A DNA stretch of 64,000 nt, from assembly GCA_964016885.1 (NCBI GenBank), contig OZ024741.1, positions 414,532,001 through 414,596,000 of the forward strand, written 5' to 3'. Both the position numbers and the translations under genes were made by a program. Shown piece after piece: positions 55,601-64,000 of the stretch. The DNA comes from Eledone cirrhosa. Its lineage: Eukaryota. Position 1 is the stretch's first letter. Each line of letters starts with the position of its first letter. The notes below the pieces were generated by a model. That model made no database searches, was not told where the DNA came from, and saw nothing but the letters and a program-made list of their open reading frames with translations.

Positions 55601-58600
55601 CACACATACTTTGGTCTGACACTCTACCAAGTATAACACACCAGGAGACCTACAGCACACATACTTTGGTCTGACACTCTACCAAGTATAAGACACCAGG
55701 AGACATACATCACACATACTTTGGTCTGACACTCTACCGAGTATAACACACCAGGAGACCTACATCACACATACTTTGGTCTGACACTCTACCGAGTATA
55801 ACACACCAGGAGACCTACAGCACACATACTTTGGTCTCACACTCTACTGAGTATAACACACGAGGAGACCTACATCACACATACTTTGGTCTGACACTCT
55901 ACCGAGTATAACACACCAGGAGAACTACATCACACATACTTTGGTCTGACACTCTACCGAGTATAACACACCAGGAGACCTACATCACACATACATAGAT
56001 CTGACACTCTACCGCGTATAAGACACCAGGAGACCTACATCACACGTACTTTGGTCTGACGCTCTACCGAGTATAAGACACCAGGAGACCTACATCACAC
56101 ATACATAGGTCTGACACTCTACCGAGTATAAGACACCAGGAGACCTACATCACACGTACTTTGGTCTCACACTCTACCGAGTATAAGACACCAGGAGACC
56201 TACAGCACACATACTTTGATCTGACACTCTACCGAGTATAAGACACCAGGAGACCTACATCACACGTACTTTGGTCTGACACTCTACCGCGTATAAGACA
56301 CCAGGAGACCTACATCACACGTACTTTGGTCTGACACTCTACCGAGTATAAGACACCAGGAGACCTACATCACACGTACTTTGGTCTGACACTCTACCCA
56401 GTATAAGACACCGGGAGACCTACATCACACGTACTTTGGTCTGACACTCTACCGAGTATAAGACACCAGGAGACCTACATCACACGTACTTTGGTCTGAC
56501 ACTCTACCAAGTATAAGACACCAGGAGACCTACATCACACATACATAGGTTTAACACTCTACCGAGTATAAGACACCAGGAGACCTACATCACACATACA
56601 TAGGTTTAACACTCTACTGAGTATAAGACACCAGGAGACCTACATCACACATACTTTGGTCTGACACTCTACCGAGTATAAGACACCAGGAGACCTACAT
56701 CACACATACTTTGGTCTGACACTCTACCGAGTATAAGACACCAGGAGAACTACATCACACGTACTTTGGTCTTACACTCTACCGAGTATAAGACACCAGG
56801 AGGCCTACATCACACGTACTTTGGTCTGACACTCTACCGAATATAAGACACCAGGAGACCTACATCACACGTACTTTGGTCTGACACTCTACCGAGTATA
56901 AGACACCAGGAGACCTACATCACACGTACTTTGGTCTGACACTCTACCGAGTATAAGACACCAGGAGACCTACATCACATGTACTTTGGTCTGACACTCT
57001 ACCAAGTATAAGCCACCAGGAGACCTACATCACACATACTTTGGTCTGACACTTTACCGAGTATAAGACACCAGGAGACCTACATCACACATACATAGGT
57101 CTGACACTCTACCGAGTATAAGACACCAGGAGACCTACATCACACATACATAGGTCTGACACTCTACCGAGTATAAGACACCAGGAGACCTACAGCACAC
57201 ATACTTTGGTCTCACACCCTACCGAATATAAGACGCCAGGAGACCTACATCACACATACTTTGGTCTTACACTCTACCGAGTATAAGACACCAGGAGACC
57301 TACATCACACATACTTTGGTCTTACACTCTACCAAGTATAAGACACCAGGAGACCTACATCACACATACTTTGGTCTGACACTCTACCGAGTATAAGACA
57401 CCAGGAGACCTACATCACACATACATAGGTTTAACACTCTACCGAGTATAAGACACCAGGAGACCTACATCACACATATATAGGTTTAACACTCTACTGA
57501 GTATAAGACACCGGGAGACCTACATCACACGTACTTTGGTCTGACACTCTACCGAGTATAAGACACCAGGAGACCTACATCACACGTACTTTGGTCTGAC
57601 ACTCTACCGAGTATAAGACACCAGGAGACCTACATCACACATACATAGGTTTAACACTCTACCGAGTATAAGACACCAGGAGACCTACAGCACACATACT
57701 TTGGTCTTACACTCTACCGAGTATAAGACACCAGGAGGCCTACATCACACGTACTTTGGTCTGACACTCTACCGAATATAAGACACCAGGAGACCTACAT
57801 CACACGTACTTTGGTCTGACACTCTACCGAGTATAAGACACCAGGAGACCTACATCACACGTACTTTGATCTGACAGTCTACCGAGTATAAGACACCAGG
57901 AGACCTACATCACACGTACTTTGGTCTGACACTCTACCGAGTATAACACACCAGGAGACCTACATCACACATACATAGATCTGACACTCTACCGCGTATA
58001 AGACACCAGGAGACTTACATCACACGTACTTTGGTCTGACACTCTACCGAGTATAAGACACCAGGAGACCAACATCACACGTACTTTGGTCTGACACTCT
58101 ACCCAGTATAAGACACCGGGAGACCTACATCACACATACTTTGGTCTGACACTCTACCGAGTATAAGACACCAGGAGACCTACATCACACGTAGTTTGGT
58201 CTGACACTCTACCGAGTATAGGTCAACAGGAGACCTACATCACACATACATAGGTTTAACACTCTACCGAGTATAAGACACCAGGAGACCTACATCACAC
58301 ATACATAGGTTTAACACTCTACTGAGTATAAGACACCAGGAGACCTACATCACACATACTTTGGTCTGACACTCTACCGAGTATAAGACACCAGGAGACC
58401 TACATCACACATACTTTGGTCTGACACTCTACCGAGTATAAGACACCAGGAGACCTACATCACACGTACTTTGGTCTTACACTCTACCGAGTATAAGACA
58501 CCAGGGGGCCTACATCACACGTACTTTGGTCTGACACTCTACCGAATATAAGACACCAGGAGACCTACATCAGACGTACTTTGGTCTGACACTACCGAGT

Positions 58601-61600
58601 ATAAGACACCAGGAGACCTACATCACACGTACTTTGGTCTGACACTCTACCGAGTATAAGACACCAGGAGACCTACATCACATGTACTTTGGTCTGACAC
58701 TCTACCAAGTATAAGCCACCAGGAGACCTACATCACACATACTTTGGTCTGACACTTTACCGAGTATAAGACACCAGGAGACCTACATCACACATACTTT
58801 GGTCTGACACTCTACCGACTATAAGACACTAGGAGACCTACATCACACGTACTTTGGTCTGACACTCTACCGAGTATAAGACACCAGGAGACCTACATCA
58901 CACGTACTTTGGTCTGACACTCTACCGAGTATAAGACACCAGGAGACCTACATCACACATACTTTGGTCTGACACTCTACCCAGTATAAGACACCGGGAG
59001 ACCTACATCACACGTACTTTGGTCTGACACTCTACCGAGTATAAGACACCAGGAGACCTACATGACACGTAATTTGGTCTGACACTCTACCGAGTATAAG
59101 ACACCAGGAGACCTACATCACACTTACTTTGGTCTGACACTCTACCGAGTATAAGACACCAGGAGACCTACATCACACATACTTTGGTCTGACACTCTAC
59201 CGAGTATAACACACCAGGAGACCTACATCACACATACTTTGGTCTGACACTCTACCAAGTATAACACACCAGGAGACCTACAGCACACATACTTTGGTCT
59301 GACACTCTACCAAGTATAAGACACCAGGAGACATACATCACACATACTTTGGTCTGACACTCTACCGAGTATAACACACCAGGAGACCTACATCACACAT
59401 ACTTTGGTCTGACACTCTACCGAGTATAACACACCAGGAGACCTACAGCACACATACTTTGGTCTCACACTCTACTGAGTATAACACACGAGGAGACCTA
59501 CATCACACATACTTTGGTCTGACACTCTACCGAGTATAACACACCAGGAGAACTACATCACACATACTTTGGTCTGACACTCTACCGAGTATAACACACC
59601 AGGAGACCTACATCACACATACATAGATCTGACACTCTACCGCGTATAAGACACCAGGAGACCTACATCACACGTACTTTGGTGTGACACTCTACCGAGT
59701 ATAAGACACCAGGAGACCTACATCACACGTACTTTGGTCTGACGCTCTACCGAGTATAAGACACCAGGAGACCTACATCACACATACATAGGTCTGACAC
59801 TCTACCGAGTATAAGACACCAGGAGACCTACGTCACACGTACTTTGGTCTCACACTCTACCGAGTATAAGACACCAGGAGACCTACAGCACACATACTTT
59901 GATCTGACACTCTACCGAGTATAAGACACCAGGAGACCTACATCACACGTACTTTGGTCTGACACTCTACCGCGTATAAGACACCAGGAGACCTACATCA
60001 CACGTACTTTGGTCTGACACTCTACCGAGTATAAGACACCAGGAGACCTACATCACACGTACTTTGGTCTGACACTCTACCCAGTATAAGACACCGGGAG
60101 ACCTACATCACACGTACTTTGGTCTGACACTCTACCGAGTATAAGACACCAGGAGACCTACATCACACATACATAGGTCTGACACTCTACCGAGTATAAG
60201 ACACCAGGAGACCTACATCACACATACATAGGTCTGACACTCTACCGAGTATAAGACACCAGGAGACCTACAGCACACATACTTTGGTCTCACACCCTAC
60301 CGAATATAAGACGCCAGGAGACCTACATCACACATACTTTGGTCTTACACTCTACCGAGTATAAGACACCAGGAGACCTACATCACACATACTTTGGTCT
60401 TACACTCTACCAAGTATAAGACACCAGGAGACCTACATCACACATACTTTGGTCTGACACTCTACCGAGTATAAGACACCAGGAGACCTACATCACACAT
60501 ACATAGGTTTAGCACTCTACCGAGTATAAGACACCAGGAGACCTACATCACACATATATAGGTTTAACACTCTACTGAGTATAAGACACCGGGAGACCTA
60601 CATCACACGTACTTTGGTCTGACACTCTACCGAGTATAAGACACCAGGAGACCTACATCACACGTACTTTGGTCTGACACTCTACCGAGTATAAGACACC
60701 AGGAGACCTACATCACACATACATAGGTTTAACACTCTACCGAGTATAAGACACCAGGAGACCTACATCACACATACATAAGTTTAACACTCTACTGAGT
60801 ATAAGACACCAGGAGACCTACATCACACATACTTTGGTCTGACACTCTACCGAGTATAAGACACCAGGAGACCTACATCACACATACTTTGGTCTGACAC
60901 TCTACCGAGTATAAGACACCAGGAGACCTACATCACACGTACTTTGGTCTTACACTCTACCGAGTATAAGACACCAGGTGGCCTACATCACACGTACTTT
61001 GGTCTGACACTCTACCGAGTATAAGACACCAGGAGACCTACATCACACGTACTTTGGTCTGACACTCTACCGAGTATAAGACACCAGGAGACCTACATCA
61101 CATGTACTTTGGTCTGACACTCTACCAAGTATAAGCCACCAGGAGACCTACATCACACATACTTTGGTCTGACACTTTACCGAGTATAAGACACCAGGAG
61201 ACCTACATCACACGTACTTTGGTCTCACACTCTACCAAGTATAAGACACCAGGAGACCTACATCACACATACTTTGGTCTTACACTCTACCGAGTATAAG
61301 ACACCAGGAGACCTACATCACACATACTTTGGTCTTACACTCTACCAAGTATAAGACACCAGGAGACCTACATCACACATACTTTGGTCTGACACTCTAC
61401 CGAGTATAAGACACCAGGAGACCTACATCACACATACATAGATCTGACACTCTACCGCGTATAAGACACCAGGAGACCTACATCACACGTACTTTGGTCT
61501 GACACTCTACCGAGTATAAGACACCAGGAGACCTACATCACACGTACTTTGGTCTGACACTCTACCCAGTATAAGACACCGGGAGACCTACATCACACGT

Positions 61601-64000
61601 ACTTTGGGCTGACACTCTACCGAGTATAAGACACCAGGAGACCTACATCACACGTACTTTGGTCTGACACTCTACCGAATATAAGACACCAGGAGACCTA
61701 CATCACACGTACTTTGGTCTGACACTCTACCGAGTATAAGACACCAGGAGACCTACATCACACGTACTTTGGTCTGACACTCTACCGAGTATAAGACACC
61801 AGGAGACCTACATCACATGTACTTTGGTCTGACCCTCTACCGAGTATAAGACACCAGGAGACCTACATCACACGTACTTTGGTCTGACACTCTACCGAGT
61901 ATAGGTCAACAGGAGACCTACATCACACATACATAGGTTTAACACTCTACCGAGTATAACACACCAGGAGACCTACAGCACACATACTTTGGTCTCGCAC
62001 TCTACTGAGTATAACACACGAGGAGACCTACATCGCACATACTTTGGTCTAACACTCTACCGAGTATAACACACCAGGAGAACTACATCACACATACTTT
62101 GGTCTGACACTCTACCGAGTATAACACACCAGGAGACCTACAGCACACATACTTTGATCTGACAGTCTACCGAGTATAAGACACCAGGAGACCTACATCA
62201 CACGTACTTTGGTCTGACACTCTACCGAGTATAACACACCAGGAGACCTACATCACACATACATAGATCTGACACTCTACCGCGTATAAGACACCAGGAG
62301 ACCTACATCACACGTACTTTGGTCTGACACTCTACCGAGTATAAGACACCAGGAGACCAACATCACACGTACTTTGGTCTGACACTCTACCCAGTATAAG
62401 ACACCGGGAGACCTACATCACACATACTTTGGTCTGACACTCTACCGAGTATAAGACACCAGGAGACCTACATCACACGTACTTTGGTCTGACACTCTAC
62501 CGAGTATAGGTCAACAGGAGACCTACATCACACATACATAGGTTTAACACTCTACCGAGTATAAGACACCAGGAGACCTACATCACACATACATAGGTTT
62601 AACACTCTACTGAGTATAAGACACCAGGAGACCTACATCACACATACTTTGGTCTGACACTCTACCGAGTATAAGACACCAGGAGACCTACATCACACAT
62701 ACTTTGGTCTGACACTCTACCGAGTATAAGACACCAAGAGACCTACATCACACGTACTTTGGTCTTACACTCTACCGAGTATAAGACACCAGGGGGCCTA
62801 CATCACACGTACTTTGGTCTGACACTCTACCGAATATAAGACACCAGGAGACCTACATCAGACGTACTTTGGTCTGACACTACCGAGTATAAGACACCAG
62901 GAGACCTACATCACACGTACTTTGGTCTGACACTCTACCGAGTATAAGACACCAGGAGACCTACATCACATGTACTTTGGTCTGACACTCTACCAAGTAT
63001 AAGCCACCAGGAGACCTACATCACACATACTTTGGTCTGACACTCTACCGAGTATAAGACACCAGGAGACCTACATCACACGTACTTTGGTCTTACACTC
63101 TACCGAGTATAAGACACCAGGGGGCCTACATCACACGTACTTTGGTCTGACACTCTACCGAATATAAGACACCAGGAGACCTACATCAGACGTACTTTGG
63201 TCTGACACTACCGAGTATAAGACACCAGGAGACCTACATCACACGTACTTTGGTCTGACACTCTACCGAGTATAAGACACCAGGAGACCTACATCACATG
63301 TACTTTGGTCTGACACTCTACCAAGTATAAGCCACCAGGAGACCTACATCACACATACTTTGGTCTGACACTTTACCGAGTATAAGACACCAGGAGACCT
63401 ACATCACACATACTTTGGTCTGACACTCTACCGACTATAAGACACTAGGAGACCTACATCACACGTACGTTGGTCTGACACTCTACCGAGTATAAGACAC
63501 CAGGAGACCTACATCACACGTACTTTGGTCTGACACTCTACCGAGTATAAGACACCAGGAGACCTACATCACACGTACTTTGGTCTGACACTCTACCCAG
63601 TATAAGACACCGGGAGACCTACATCACACGTACTTTGGTCTGACACTCTACCGAGTATAAGACACCAGGAGACCTACATGACACGTAATTTGGTCTGACA
63701 CTCTACCGAGTATAAGACACCAGGAGACCTACATCACACTTACTTTGGTCTGACACTCTACCGAGTATAAGACACCAGGAGACCTACATCACACATACTT
63801 TGGTCTGACACTCTACCGAGTATAACACACCAGGAGACCTACATCACACATACTTTGGTCTGACACTCTACCAAGTATAACACACCAGGAGACCTACAGC
63901 ACACATACTTTGGTCTGACACTCTACCAAGTATAAGACACCAGGAGACATACATCACACATACTTTGGTCTGACACTCTACCGAGTATAACACACCAGGA
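22654..64000. repeat. 55-bp tandem satellite, ~750 copies, continues beyond the right edge
   Basis: Consensus CAGGAGACCTACATCACAC(A/G)TACTTTGGTCTGACACTCTACCGAGTATAAGACAC head-to-tail (e.g. starts at 22708 and 22763), with many recurrent variant monomers. Confidence 0.99.

Noticed and set aside
22654-64000. Centromere assignment for the 55-bp array
   Set aside because: Higher-order structure alone does not show centromere function; CENP-A data would be needed, and the array appears to be intronic.

Overview
Eukaryotic, satellite-dominated window; about 90% of it is tandem repeat. Recalled SINE-like motifs suggest a mollusc, possibly an octopus, but this is unverified. Layout: a 39-bp satellite (1-~14.1 kb, open at the left edge), an ~8.5-kb island, and a 55-bp satellite (~22.65 kb to the right edge, ~750 copies). 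The island holds many unrelated small tandem arrays (25-, 5-, 45-48-, 39-, 61- and 17-bp units plus microsatellites), SINE fragments and a 5'-truncated CR1/L2-type LINE whose ORF2 C-terminus has been amplified into a 22-copy 61-bp array. Nearly all ORFs in the track are repeat artefacts. The main hidden signal is two minus-strand candidate exons (22473-22387 and 18918-18863) with canonical AG/GT boundaries that splice in frame to a 48-aa unidentified peptide. If they are real, the gene has satellite-filled introns, one longer than 41 kb. No prokaryotic genes, CRISPR arrays, rRNA or complete tRNA genes were seen.
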